From NCBI GenBank assembly GCA_002269645.1, contig NIVC01002072.1, positions 1 through 64,000 on the forward strand: a stretch of 64,000 nt of DNA, given 5' to 3'. Both the position numbers and the translations under genes were made by a program. The notes beneath the pieces are model-generated. The model did no database searches. It was not told the DNA's origin and was given only the letters and a program-made list of their open reading frames with translations. Position 1 is the stretch's first letter, and the number at the start of each line of letters is the position of its first letter. Shown here in pieces: positions 38,091 through 53,000 of the stretch. Source of the DNA: Macrostomum lignano (Eukaryota).

Positions 38091-41000
38091 ATGGCATCAA
38101 ATGTAAAACCTTCATTGTCCTCGGACCGCATGTCTGCTTTTTGGGAAAGTGAGAAGTCATCACCATGCATTATACCCAGGTATGTTTTTATTCCAAAAAT
38201 ATTTAGCTTATTATTTTTAGGTACCATACTAAATTATACTATAATTCTATACTAAGTTACTTTTTATTGTTCTTTATTACATTTGTTAGATTAGGCCTAG
38301 ATTAATCTATAAAATACTAATAGGAGAATTCCTAAGTCAATGGGAATGTAATTGACCAAAAAGAATATTAAATGATCCTAGGGATAGTTTTGACTGCATT
38401 TAGAAATTATATTCTTTTGTAAGGAATTTAAATAGGAGATAAAACTATTAAATAGAATTAGGATCAGGCCTCCCAATGGGGCAGTTGTGTTATGCTAGTA
38501 TTTAAAATTAATTGCCAAGGTTTTGTAGCCATTCCAAAAATTAAAACTTTTGTTTCAAAAGGCAAGCACTCAGATTAATCTTTTTTGTCAAGATGTTAAA
38601 CAAGAATGACAACCATTTTTGCATATTTTTGTTAAATATAAAGCCTTCTTTTTTAAAATAATTAGTCTAGTCTTTATCATATGGTTTTTTATAGCACAAT
38701 TTTTTGTATTGGCACAAAAATTATCAAGGCCTTCATTATTGCCATTGCCATTTTAATTATTAAATTGCCAAAATGATTATCATTTGTTATTAAAGTGACT
38801 ATTACCAAAGTGAACATGTTTTTGACAAAAATTTACATTTTACAAATATTTTCTTTACAAGATTTTACACTCAACCAAGTTAAATGCCCAATGTATCATT
38901 TTAGCTTCTTTTCTAAATTCTTCTTTAGAATAAATTTTATATAACTAAAATTGCCAAAACCTTTGTAACAGGAATGAGATCTACAGAGTTAGTCCAGCTA
39001 GCCTATAAACCCTCACTGAAGTCTATAAATAATATATAATGGACTTCTTCAGGTTTAGGTTAATAAATTAGTTGCAGTTTTGATAAGACTATTATTCTGT
39101 CTTTTTATGTGTATTTTATAGTGCTGATTTCAAGTTTAAGCTTTATTTTTATGTAGCTTTATATAGCTTAAAGCCAACGCTAATATATATGGAAGAAATG
39201 TTTTAGTATAGAAAGTTTTGATGGGAATTGATTTTACTTTATACTAACCTAAACTTGAATAGAAGCATAGGGACCTATTGAAGATTATATTGATTAATTC
39301 TAGCCCATACTATATATAAATAAAGCTTGAACTGAAACCTGCCCATCTAAAACTTATATAAAAATTATAATCTTATCAAAACTGCCACTAATTTATCAAC
39401 CTATTAAAGAAATTATTCATTCTTCAACTTTAGAATACTTATACTTTACCTTTTTGTTTTTATAGAAATGTTATAAAATTAGAAGTATTTTACCAACCTA
39501 AACCTGAAGAAGTCCTAAATATGAATTTATAATAGAAAATTAATGTGATTTGCAACCTACCAAAATTGTTAATCTTTTAGATAATACTCCAATAAAAACT
39601 AACAATCTTTTTGCTTAACCTTAATTAAAAACATTGGACAAGGGTGGTCCCAATGGTTCCTGCGGTTTAGGCTACTGGTTTTGTCTACTTTAATATTTTT
39701 AGTGGATTATCTTGGTAGGTTGCTGCCACCAGGCTCTTGATGTTCCCTAATCCTAAGATATAGTATTTAAAGAACTGAGTCAAGACAACAAATAAAGTAT
39801 TTTAAGTTTGACACACAGTTTATAAAAAATGATAATTGATCAAATGTTAATTGCACAAAAGTGTTTTCTTACATTACTTTCCCCTTTCTAAGTGCTTGGT
39901 CAAGACTCCCAGTTTTAAGGCAAGACTCCTCTTAGAGCAATTCTAAGTCCTATTCCCTTATCTCCTTTTACCTTGAATTCCTTTTAATAGAATTTTTTAA
40001 GTTAGAAACTGCACTCGGAAGACAAAGTGGATACTTTTTCCAAGAGCCCAACTGCTCTTTACTACGAGTAATGTAATCCAAAATTTGCAGTGTATTTACA
40101 TAGTAGTGTAAAAGCATATTTGTCCCATGTCTATTTATACCTCTAAATTTTGCCCTACTACAGCATGAAACAAGTCATATAAGTATAAGTTTAACAATTT
40201 TTGTCAGAACCAACATTTTACTCCTAAGCTATATAGTAAAATAATGAGGTTATGCCTATTGTAATTAATTATATAAATGTATTTGTTTGTTAATTGATAT
40301 TTAAAAATAAAAATCTAAATAAAAACCTATATATTGTAGCCTAGAAATAGTTTTGCAAATAATAATCTTCAAAGGCAGAGATCCAAGGGCCATGGCCCCT
40401 CTCCCCCTTAGCCATGGCCAACAAAATTTAGGCCATATTTTTGGCCTATAACTATGCAAGGTCTATTTCAATATTGGATTATAGTGCTTGGTATAGCTTG
40501 TCCCCCTCTACTTCAATTTCTGAATTCACCTGGGTAGTCTTAAACTCTGTCTACAACAAGAACAATTTTTGTTTTATTGATATTCTACGAGGGTTGTCCC
40601 AAAAATAGTGGGAAAACTGGCAATTGTAACTTTACCCCCTACCCCTTGTTCTAATTATAGGCATAACTTTTGAATGAATTGACATTTTTACCTTAAGTTG
40701 CATCAAATTCAAATATCACAGTCAGCCTCTGTACCAGTTTTCCTGCTATTTCTGGGACAGCCCCTATAGTTAAAAATACTATAAAATTGAAAATAGACAA
40801 ACAGAAATGTTAAAAAGGGATTTTTCCTAAAAGTATAGAATTTTTAGTAGTTTTGTAAATATCCTTACTAGCATCAATATTGTTTAATTTCTAATTAGTA
40901 ACTCTGGATGAAGACTACATGAAATCTATCGGAGTAATGAAGAACCTGTTAGGATACTTGGAATAGGGTGTATAAAAATGGACAATCTAGAGTTGACAGT

Positions 41001-44000
41001 TAAATGGCTAAACATCATTTGTTGTGCTGATGTTGGCATGGGGATGATATTTAGGTCATTCAAAAAGTACATTATGTTATATCATTAGTATTGCTAACTT
41101 GAGCCATCTGCATAACATTTCACTACCCAGGGTGCTGCTAATCCGCATTGATCGCATGTGCGTCTATGCCAACAATGGCGATGAAGCCGGCCCAGTTTAC
41201 TTGGCCATCCGCATGCATGCTGGCAGCAGGCGCACCCTCAGATCTCAGCAGATCACTGTGCCAGAGCGGGGTCAGGTGTTCGAGCATCCAATCACTGTGG
41301 AGATTCAATATCCGCACGCTATTAAGCGAGATAATCCTTTGCTGATTATGCTGCAACGGCGTAAGAAGTATAGAAATTTAGGCTTCAAGACAATGGGCCT
41401 AGCGCAGGTGAGAGTTTTATTGTTTAAGTGCCTGTTTTCAGCGCTAAGAACTTTCGGTCAAATATCCCCAGACGAGTCTGTTAGTCAAATAGACTCAAAT
41501 ATCCCCAGATGAGTCTGTTAGTCAAATGGACTCAAATATCCCCAGACGAGTCTGTTAGTCAAATGGACTCAAATATCCCCAGACGAGTCTGCTAGTCAAA
41601 TGGACTCAAATATCCCCAGACGATTCTGCTACTCAAATGGACTCAAATATCCCCAGACGAGTCTGTTAGTCAAATGGACTCAAATATCCCCAGACGAGTC
41701 TGTTAGTCAAATGGACTCAAATATCCCCAGACGAGTCTGTTAGTCAAATGCACTCAAATATCACCAGATGAGTCTGTTAGTCAAATGGACTCAAATATCC
41801 CCAGACGAGTCTGTTAGTCAAATGGACTCAAATATCCCCAGACGAGTCTGTTAGTCAAATGGACTCAAATATCCCCAGACGAGTCTGCTAGTCAAATGGA
41901 CTCAAATATCCCCAGACGAGTCTGTTAGTCAAATGGACTCAAATATCCCCAGACGAGTCTGTTAGTCAAATGGACTCAAATATCCCCAGACGAGTCTGTT
42001 AGTCAAATGGACTCAAATATCCCCAGACGAGTCTGTTAGTCAAATGGACTCAAATATCCCCAGATGAGTCTGCTAGTCAAATGGACTCAAATATCCTCAG
42101 ATGAGTCTGTTAGTCAGATGGACTCCAATATCCCCAGATGAGTCTGCTAGTCAAATGGACTCAAATATCCTCAGATGAGTCTGTTAGTCAGATGGACTCC
42201 AATATCCCCAGATGAGTCTGTTAGTCAAATGGAATTAAATATCCTCAGATGAGTCTGTTAGTTCGTCAAATAGAATTAAATATCCCCAGTTGAGTCTGTT
42301 AGTCAAATACTATTTACTGGTAAGTTGGGATTGTTGATTAAGTATCCCTTAATAGGGACGCATTGCAGTTCGACAATCTCAATGACTCAACTCAAAATTA
42401 ATGTAACTCATTCAAGCCTCCAAATCTTGAGCTACTTACAATGTTGCAGGTGAATCTGTCGGACGTGCTCCAGTGCCGCCTGCTGCAGCACCAGCTCGAC
42501 CTGCTTCCGGAGTCCAGCAGCAAAGTTGACCAGTCCTCTATGTCCGGCAAGTCCTCCTCTGCCGCCGCCGCGGCCGCTGCAAACCGCCGCCCTGTCGGGT
42601 TTCTCCACGTGGTGCGGCTGGAGACGCTGCCACCGCCGCGCGATCTGGCCGCCTGTAGGAAGGACTTCGCCGCTGCCGTCGCCGGCGCCGTTGCGTCTGG
42701 CCGCTGGACAGATGAGGCCATCAGCGATGAGGACGAGACGGACCATGGCGTGGATGAAGACGAGGAGGATGAGAAGATTAAGAAGGACGCTGTTAATAAG
42801 GTGATGAAAGATACCAGTTGAATTTGTGTCTGTCAGTTACACCTGGTGTGTGTCAGTTACACCTGGTGTGTGTCAGTTACACCTGGTGCCTGTCAGTTAC
42901 ACCTGGTGTGTCAGTTACACCTGGTGTGTGTCAGTTACACCTGGTGTGTGTCAGTTACACCTGGTGTGTGTCAGTTACACCTGGTGTCTGTCAGTTACAC
43001 CTGGTGTGTGTCAGTTACACCTGGTGTGTGTCAGTTACACCTGGTGTCTGTCAGTTACACCTGGTGTGTGTCAGTTACACCTGGTGTGTGTCAGTTACAC
43101 CTGGTGTCTGTCAGTTACACCTGGTGTCTGTCAGTTACACCTGGTGTCTGTCAGTTACACCTGGTGTCTGTCAGTTACACCTGGTGTCTGTCAGTTACAC
43201 CTGGTGTCTGTCAGTTACACCTGGTGTCTGTCAGTTACACCTGGTGTGTGTCAGTTACACCTGGTGTGTGTCAGTTACACCTGGTGTGTGTCAGTTACAC
43301 CTGGTGTGTGTCAGTTACACCTGGTGTGTGTCAGTTACACCTGGTGTGTGTCAGTTACACCTGGTGTGTGTCAGTTACACCTGGTGTGTGTCAGTTACAC
43401 CTGGTGCCTGTCAGTTACACCTGGTGTGTGTCAGTTACACCTTGTGTCTGTCAGTTACACCTGATGCCTGTCAGTTACACCTGGTGTGTGTCAGTTACAC
43501 CTGGTGTCTGTCAGTTACACCTGATGCCTGTCAGTTACACCTGATGCCTGTCAGTTACACCTGGTGTCTGTCAGTTACACCTCGTGAATGTCAGTTACTC
43601 CTGGTGCCTGTAAGTTACACCTTGTGTCTGTCAGTTACACCTTGTGTCTGTCAGCTACACCTTGTGTCTGTCAGTTACACCTTGTGTCTGTCAACTACAC
43701 CTTGTATCTGTCAGTTACACCTTGTGTCTGTCAGCTACACCTTGTGTCTGTCAGCTACACCTTGTGTCTGTCAGCTACACCTGTGAGCCTATCTAATCGC
43801 ACCCTAAAAGTGAACTCGTATTGAACTATTTCGCTTCTCATTTCAGCCAAAAGAATGGCGCCAGAAGTTCAAGCTTTTTATGGACGAAAATTTCTCTACC
43901 ATATTGAAGCTTAAAAAGCTGAAGGGTGGCCAACAGTTTGAGGTGAGCGGAAAATGATACTGCAGTTTTTGCATTATTTATGATTTATGATTAGTTAGTT

Positions 44001-47000
44001 CCCTCATCTACTTAGTAAGTATCTAGGGCAAACGGCGAGAGTAACTTCGAATGTTAAAAAAGCGCCTCGTCATCTAATATGTTGCTTCAAAAGAAAATGA
44101 AAGTATTATCTGGTCTAATAGTACATTGCGTTGGGTTTGCAGTTGCTACGCAGGCCAGTCCCTGTGTATTTTCGTGCTTGCCTAGATGGCTAAATTGAAT
44201 TGCCCCTTCCCGCTATCCTGTCGTCACTGGCTAGCAAGCAGAATTTGATAGAACGGAACCAACCGCTAGGGTTAAGGGGGGATTAAATCTGCGCGCTCTC
44301 TTTGAGTCCAGTCTGAGTACCCCTTGTGCTGGCTGGCGGACGGAGCAGGGAGAGGCGGGGATATAGGCCTGTGCTAATGGGAACGCGCTCGAGCTGTACT
44401 TTCTGATAGACAAGGAAGGATGCGTGTGCGTGCAACTGACGAGAGACGGGCGGCTGGCTGTGGCTGTCCGGACTTCTCGGACACGCCCGGAGGCGAGAGA
44501 ATCCAAGGGCCTGGCTTCCGTCTTTCTCATCTCATCGACACTAACAGACGCAATTATCGACACTTTAATTAATACATCCATCGACACTCGAATCGATGCC
44601 TTTATCGACATATTTATACCCTCAGACACTTTATAAGTAGCACCTTTTATCGACATGTCAAGTGGCACATTTTTCGACACTACCAGCGACATCTTAATCA
44701 AACATTTATCGACACTACAAGCGACATCTTAATCGAATATTTATCGACACTACAAGCGACATCTTAATCGAATATTTATCGACACTACAAGCGTCATCTT
44801 AATTGAACATTTATCGACACTACAAGCGACATATTAATCGATTATTTATCGACACTACAAGCGTCATCTTAATTGAACATTTATCGACACTACAAGCGAC
44901 ATCTTAATCAAACATTTATCGACACTACAAGCGACATCTTAATCGAACATTTATCGACACTACAAGCGTCATCTTAATTGAACATTTATCGACACTACAA
45001 GCGACATATTAATCGATTATTTATCGACACTACAAGCGTCATCTTAATTGAACATTTATCGACACTACAAGCGACATCTTAATCGAATATTTATCGACAC
45101 TATAAGCGACATATTAATCGATTATTTATCGACACTACAAGCGACATCTTAATCAAACATTTATCGACACTACAAGCGACATCTTAATTGAACATTTATC
45201 GACACTACAAGCGACATCTTAATCGAACAATTAGCGACACTACAAGCGACATCTTAATCGAATATTTATCGACACTATAAGCGACATATTAATCAATTAT
45301 TTATCGACATTACAAGCGACATCTTAATCAAACATTTTTCGACACTACCAGCGACATCTTAATCAAACATTTATCGACACTACAAGCGACATTTTAATCA
45401 AACATTTTTCGACACTACCAGCGACATCTTAATCAAACATTTATTGACACTACAAGCGACATCTTAATCGAACATTTATCGACACTACAAGCGACATCTT
45501 AATCGAACATTTATCGACACTACAAGCGACATCTTAATCAAACATTTATCGACACTACAAGCGACGCTACAAGCGACATCTTAATCAAACATTTATCGAC
45601 ACTACAAGCGACGCTACAAGTGTAATCTTAATCGAACATTTATCGACACTACAAGCGACATCTTAATTGAACATTTATCGACACTACAAGCGACATCTTA
45701 ATCAAACATTTATCGACACTACAAGCGACGCTACAAGTGTAATCTTAATCGAACATTTATCGACACTACAAGCGACATCTTAATCAAACATTTATCGACA
45801 CTACAAGCGACGCTACAAGTGTAATCTTAATCGAACATTTATCGACACTACAAGCGACATCTTAATTGAACATTTATCGACACTACAAGCGACGCTTCAA
45901 GCGACATCTTAATCGAACATTTATCGACACTACAAGCGACGCTACAAGTGTAATCTTAATCGAACATTTATCGACACTACAAGCGACATCTTAATCGAAC
46001 ATTTATCGACACTACAAGCGACATCTTAATCGAACATTTATCGACACTACAAGCGACGCTACAAGCGACATCTTAATCGAACATTTATCGACAGTACAAG
46101 CGACGCTACAAGTGTAATCTTAATCGAACATTTATCGACACTACAAGCGACATCTTAATTGAACATTTATCGACACTTCAAGCGACATCTTAATCGAACA
46201 TTTATCGACACTACAAGCGACATCTTAATCGAACATTTATCGACACTACAAGCGACATCTTAATCGAACATTTATCGACACTACAAGCGACATCTTAATT
46301 GAACATGTATCGACACTACAAGCGACATCTTAATCGAACATTTATCGACACTACAAGCGACATCTTAATCGAACATTTATCGACACTACAAGCGACATCT
46401 TAATCGAACATTTATCGACACTACAAGCGACGTCTTTATAAAACTTGTATTGACAATTGAAGCGACAACGAGGCATACGGAGTTGTTTTAACACTCGCTG
46501 AAGGATTTTAAGACAGGGAGCTCGGGATGATAATTAATTAAAGGCAGTGAAAAGATCGCTGCTATTTCTCAGTTGCAGAAATGGCTTTCAGGCGGGTTTT
46601 AAAGGCCTTCTGCCCTTTAATTAATTATCCTTATTCCTCTTTTTCCCTTATCCTATCTTCCTGATCTGCCCCTCTGTTGCAAGCTTCCGCGAACCCGCCT
46701 ATACAATGCATTCGGTTGCATCCTTTTCGCCTTTGACTCTCTTCCCTTCGACTCCTCCGCTTTAGTGTTCCGCTCCCGTCTCTCCAGCCTCTGTGATTTT
46801 TTTCTTTTGCCCTGCCGTTCCCAACTCAACCCATGCCCGTTTTCTCTCATCGATTTAGTGCCTTTTTCTTATCCCAGATTCAGGTTTTTCTGTTATACCA
46901 TAACACTAGAAGCCTTATATTGCTACTACCATTAGATCTAAGTACGATATGTAGCGTGTTTAATAATTTTTATTATCTTCGATAAAACTAGAAACAAAAA

Positions 47001-50000
47001 TGGAGATAAATTTTCGTATAGTGGATGGATATACTAGTTCATCAATTGTTTCTGAACTTTCTGAACTTTATGAATTCTGAGCTTACACATCGAGTGACAC
47101 ATCTATGAGCACATTGAGTGAAATATCTATGAGCACATTGAGTGACACATCTATGAGCACATTGAGTGGCACATCTATGAGCACATTGAGTGAAATATCT
47201 ATGAGCACATTGAGTGAAATATCTATGAGCACATTGAGTGAAATATCTATGAGCACATTAAGTGACACATCTATAAGCACATTAAGTGACACATCTATGA
47301 GCACATTGAGTGACACATCTATGAGCACATTGAGTGACACATCTATGAGCACATTGAGTGACACATCTATGAGCACATTGAGTGACACATCTATGAGCAC
47401 ATTGAGTGACACATCTATGAGCACATTGAGTGACACATCTATGAGCACATTAAGTGACACATCTATGAGCACATTAAGTGATACATCTATGAGCACATTG
47501 AGTGACACATCTATGAGCACATTAAGTGACACATCTATGAGCACATTAAGTGACATATATGAGCACATTAAGTGACACATCTATGAGCACATTGAGTGAC
47601 ACATCTATGAGCACATTGAGTGACACATCTATGAGCACATTGAGTGACACATCTATGAGCACATTAAGTGAAACATCTATGAGCACATTGAGTGATACAT
47701 CTATGAGCACATTGAGTGACACATCTATGAGCACATTAAGTGACACATCTATGAGCACATTAAGTGACATATATGAGCACATTAAGTGACACATCTATGA
47801 GCACATTGAGTGACACATCTATGAGCACATTGAGTGACACATCTATGAGCACATTAAGTGACACATCTATGAGCACACTGAGTGACACATCTATGAGCAC
47901 ATTAAGTGACACATCTATGAGCACATTGAGTGACACATCTATGAGCACACTGAGTGACACATCTATGAGCACATTAAGTGACACATCTATGAGCACATTG
48001 AGTGAAATATCTATGAGCACATTAAGTGACACATCTATGAGCACATTGAGTGACCAATCTATGAGCACATTGAGTGAAATATCTATGAGCACATTAAGTG
48101 ACACATCTATGAGCACATTGAGTGACCCATCCTCAACGGTTAGTAAGCTGCTAAATGGGCAAGCTGAGCTGAGCGGGAGTTGTCACAGTCTCGGCACAAA
48201 CCAAAACTTTCACCCCCAATCTGTGCAGCTTGACTACCAGCCCGAGCTGCAAAACGAGTCGCTGTGGAACGACCTCGACGACGCGGAGCCTGACTCCGAC
48301 TCCAGTCTTGACGACGACGACGAGCTCAGCGTACAATCGACGCCCAAGCCGAGCCTGCGGCGCTACTTTGGCTCGCAGGCTTCCGACTGCGGCAAGCCGC
48401 TGGCTTCAACTGCTGCTGCACCTGGGCTAAAGCAGCACCAGCAGCAGCATCGCCGGTTGCTTGCTGACGAACCCGACACGATGGATGACCCACCAGCGAC
48501 GGGTCAGTCGTTGTTGCAGCCTCCAGCGCCGCTACCGCCGTCGCAGCCGACTCTTTCGCCGACGCCGCTGATGTCGACAACGTCATCACAACAGGCGCCG
48601 TCGGTGACGGCCCGCGGCTCTGCTCTGCTACCGTTCGACAATCCGCTGACAGATGTAAGTTTTGCGTTTGCGAGCTAGGGTCATTGCACAGGCGTAGCCA
48701 GTGCGGCATGGCGCCCCTTGATGCTGGCGCCCCTTGGTGCTGGCGCCCCTTGGTGCTGGCGCCCCTTGGTGCTGGCGCCCCTTGGTGCTGGCGCCCCTTG
48801 GTGCTGGCGCCCCTTGGTGCTGGCGCCCCTTGGTGCTGGCGCCCCTTGGTGCTGGCGCCCCTTGGTGCTGGCGCCCCTTGGTGCTGGCGCCCCTTGGTGC
48901 TGGCGCCCCTTGGTGCTGGCGCCCCTTGGTGCTGGCGCCCCTTGGTGCTGGCGCCCCTTGGTGCTGGCGCCCCTTGGTGCTGGCGCCCCTTGGTGCTGGC
49001 GCCCCTTGGTGCTGGCGCCCTTTGGTGCTGGCGCCCCTTGGTGCTGGCGCCCCTTGGTGCTGGCGCCCTTTGGTGCTGGCGCCCCTTGGTGCTGGCGCCC
49101 CTTGGTGCTGGCGCCCTTTGGTGCTGGGGCCCCTTGGTGCTGGCGCCCTTTGGTGCTGGCGCCCTTTGGTGCTGGCGCCCCTTGGTGCTGGCGCCCTTTG
49201 GTGCTGGGGCCCCTTGGTGCTGGCGCCCCTTGGTGCTGGCGCCCTTTGGTGCTGGGGCCCCTTCATAAAAAATTCGGTCACCCCCCCCAAAAAAAATACT
49301 GGCTACGCTATGCCTATGTATTTTAGCTCAAAGTTATAAGTCTGTGTCTATTTCTGTTAAGTCATCGAACCATATTAGCAATCGATCGTTTCTGCTTGTA
49401 CAATATATTTTTTAGTTCAGCTAATGCCATTTTATCTCGTTTTCAAATTCTAACGAATTAGCAGTGCTGTCCTCAACAGATATGTTCAGTATCGTAGACT
49501 ACAACTAGAGACACTAGAGACGAAGAGTACAAAGCATAGTCACTTTTACTACTGCTACAAATGGTGCTTACTCGGTTAAAAAAGTGTCCCTAGAAATTTC
49601 CAATCCAGAATCAAAGCGCATCCTGACACAGTTTAGATTAGGACCGAGGACTGCGAGACCAAAGATCCCTAACGAGAATAGGACTAACCGAAAGTGCCGC
49701 CTGGGGGGGGGGGTAGAAAGTGAAGTTCACTTCCTGTTTATTATTTATCAGAGACAGGGGGCTGTGTGCACCCTGGTGCACTTTTAGCGACATTGTCACA
49801 ACTGGCAAGAGGCATTGCTGCCCATTCTGCCGACTCCGCTGAGCAGGCACACACTCACACAGGAGTGTACAGCGGCCCTGACTGTATTTATCGTCAGGCA
49901 TGTACACTTCACTGTGCCTTGGGGTTTGGCCCCCAAGGCCGTTGATTGCACGAGCAGAGCCAAGCCGAGATTCCAATTTAGCCCCAAACTAATGTGACTG

Positions 50001-53000
50001 CACTTGGAATCGAGCCTGGGCCGCTGGCACATCAGAGCGCCGCGATGGACCACTAGGCTACGGCCCTCACTTCCTGTTTAAGTGCAGTTGGACTTTTATA
50101 GTGCTCCCCGTGATAAATCTTGGATAAACAGGTTTGCCCCAGAAAATGTTGCATTGGTCTCCGTTTTTTAAAAAGTACATGCCGTACTTCGTCCACAGGC
50201 GCCGCCGCCGCCGCCGCCGCCGCAACATTTGGCACAACAGCAGCCGAGGCGGCTGTCTTGCATCACCCCAACTGCCGCCTTCGCTGCCGTTAGTTTGCCC
50301 AATTGCCCGTCCCGTGTAAATTTTAGAATCACAACAATTTTTATCGCTAATTGGATTTTTCAAAGAGAAAGAAGATTAGTTCTTTAAATTTTATGTCGCC
50401 GTTGAATTGTTTTTAGACTTTTTGATGATTGCGTTAATTGCATAGTCTGATTTTAGATTTCACTGAAAAAATTAGCAAACACTTATGGGATCGTTTCAGG
50501 AGCTCAAAACTTCACACCGTCCAAAGGCACAACCTTTCATAGCCTCGAATCTTCACCTGTCCGAATCTTCACCTGCTCGAATCTTCACAGGCTCTAATCT
50601 TCACCTGCTCGAATCTTCACCTGCTCGAATCTTCACAGGCTCGAATCTTCACCTGCTCGAATCTTCACCTGCTCGAATCTTCACAGGCTCGAATCTTTAC
50701 CTGCTCGAATATTCACCTGCTCGAATCTTCACAGGCTCGAATCTTCACCTGCTCGAATCTTCACCTGCTCGAATCTTCACATGCTCGAATCTTCACCTGC
50801 TCGAATCTTCACAGGCTCTAATCTTCACCTGCTCGAATCTTCACCTGCTCGAATCTTCACAGGCTCAAATCTTCACCTGCTCGAATCTTCACCTGCTCGA
50901 ATCTTCACCTGCTCGAATCTTCACCTGCTCGAATCTTCACAGGCTCGAATCTTTACCTGCTCGAATCTTCACAGGCTCGAATCTTTACCTGCTCGAATCT
51001 TCACCTGCTCGAATCTTCACAGGCTCGAATCTTCACAGGCTCGAATCTTCACCTGCTCGAATCTTCACCTGCTCGAATCTTCACAGGTTCGAATCTTCAC
51101 AGGCTCGTATCTTCACGTGCTCGAATCTTCACCTGCTCGAATCTTCACAGGCTCGAATCTTTACCTGCTCGAATCTTCACCTGCTCGAATCTTCACAGGC
51201 TCGAATCTTCACAGGCTCGAATCTTCACCTGCTCGAATCTTCACCTGCTCGAATCTTCACAGGTTCGAATCTTCACAGGCTCGTATCTTCACGTGCTCGA
51301 ATCTTCACCTGCTCGAATCTTCACCTGCTCGAATCTTCACCTGCTCAAATCTTCACCTGCTCAAATTAAAAGCTTACCACCCCGAAAAAGTCTCGCTTTA
51401 TGTAGTCAGTTCCGCTAGTTGCCAATTTGAACAAAATTAAATTCTTATGAAGTTTCGATCTTATGAAATTCACTGTCTTCGACAATGTGAAATTTCTAGC
51501 TTGTTAAAGCACCCAAATTGCCAGAGGTATGAATTTTCACTGGCAATTTAATGCTATTGTGGATCGGAAAACAGAAGCAATTCAAGACAAAAAATCTCTC
51601 CGATGCATCTAATTTTAGGACTTGAAAATACAACAAAAAATTAAAAATTCAAACAATTAACTTCGGGTAATAAAATTGTTTACAGATCTAATTTAGTAAG
51701 ATCATAAATTCTAACCGTTCCTACTGATGGTCTGAGAAAGTTTTTTATGATTGCAAATAATTAATCAATTAATCAAGGTGTTTTTACTTTAATAAGATAG
51801 GTAATCTGCAAGATTTGATTGCTGTATTAATAATTGACTTTCTGCGTACTTTTTCCTAAATTTTAATAACTTATTTTACTGGAATGCATTGTGTCTCAGT
51901 GTGCAAGCTTTAGCCAATAAGTACACGGGGCTCTTTTCTAAACTTCTTTTTTGTCTTTTTAGCCGCGCAAGGAGTGCATCGAGGCCGTCCACCGTCTCCA
52001 CGGCGAACCGCTGCCCGAGAGGCTCTGCATTGTCTGCACCGCTGAGGCTGGCGGCCGGGTGAGTGCCTCACTCACCTCACCTGAAATCAACCGTCACCTG
52101 TTCACACACTTTACCTGACACCAATCCTCACCTATTCACCCACCTCATCTGACACCAATCCTCACCTGTTCACCCACCTCATCTGACACCAATCCTCACC
52201 TGTTCACCCACCTCACCTGACACCAATCCTCACCTGTTCACCCACCTCACCTGACACCAATCCTCACCTGTTCACCCACCTCACCTGACACCAATCCTCA
52301 CCTGTTCACCCACCTCACCTGACACCAACCCTCACCTATTCACCTACGTCACCTGACACCCCGACTCAATGAATCCCAAGTTCATTTGCCTCCCTCGACA
52401 CCCACAAGGCGCTATTGGAAGCGCTGCAGTCGGAGATGAGGCTGCCCTGCGTGCCTACGGCCTCCCCGGCCGACTGCAGGCACGCCATCGGTCACATGGC
52501 TGCTGCGCTGGCGCAGACGCCGAATCCAGCCGGCCGAGCCGGGGCGCCGCCGCCACCGGCGCTGCACAGAATCTGCCTTCTCGGCTCCGATCAGCACGCC
52601 AACGCTGTGCTCCGCGCCTACGTGGATCATTTCGGCTCCCGACCGCCTGGCTGGCAGTCCCGAGTTCGATTCCACTACGCCCCGTTGCCAGGCGGGCCGA
52701 CCGCCTGTGCCCAGCTGTGCCGGCACCTTGCCGGCTGCGACCCCACCTACGCCAAGCTGTTCCACGCAGACGATTGGCGGGACAGCTCGCCTAGCGAGGC
52801 GGCGCGTCGGATCTGGCGCTACCTGACTGGCGCCTCGGGCTTGCTGGGCCTACCAATTGGCGAGGTCATGCTGGCCACCGGCCTGCGCCACGCCGAGTCC
52901 TCTGAAGCCTCTGAAACGGCGGCCCAACAGCAGCAGCAGCAGCAGCAACAGGTGCCTGGTTCCGCTTCATCCGCCTCAGCAGCGACGTCCGGGTCTGCGG

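Noticed and set aside
44230-44700. GC-richer intronic stretch with short ORFs
   Set aside because: No recognisable domain or consistent splice phase with PACS.
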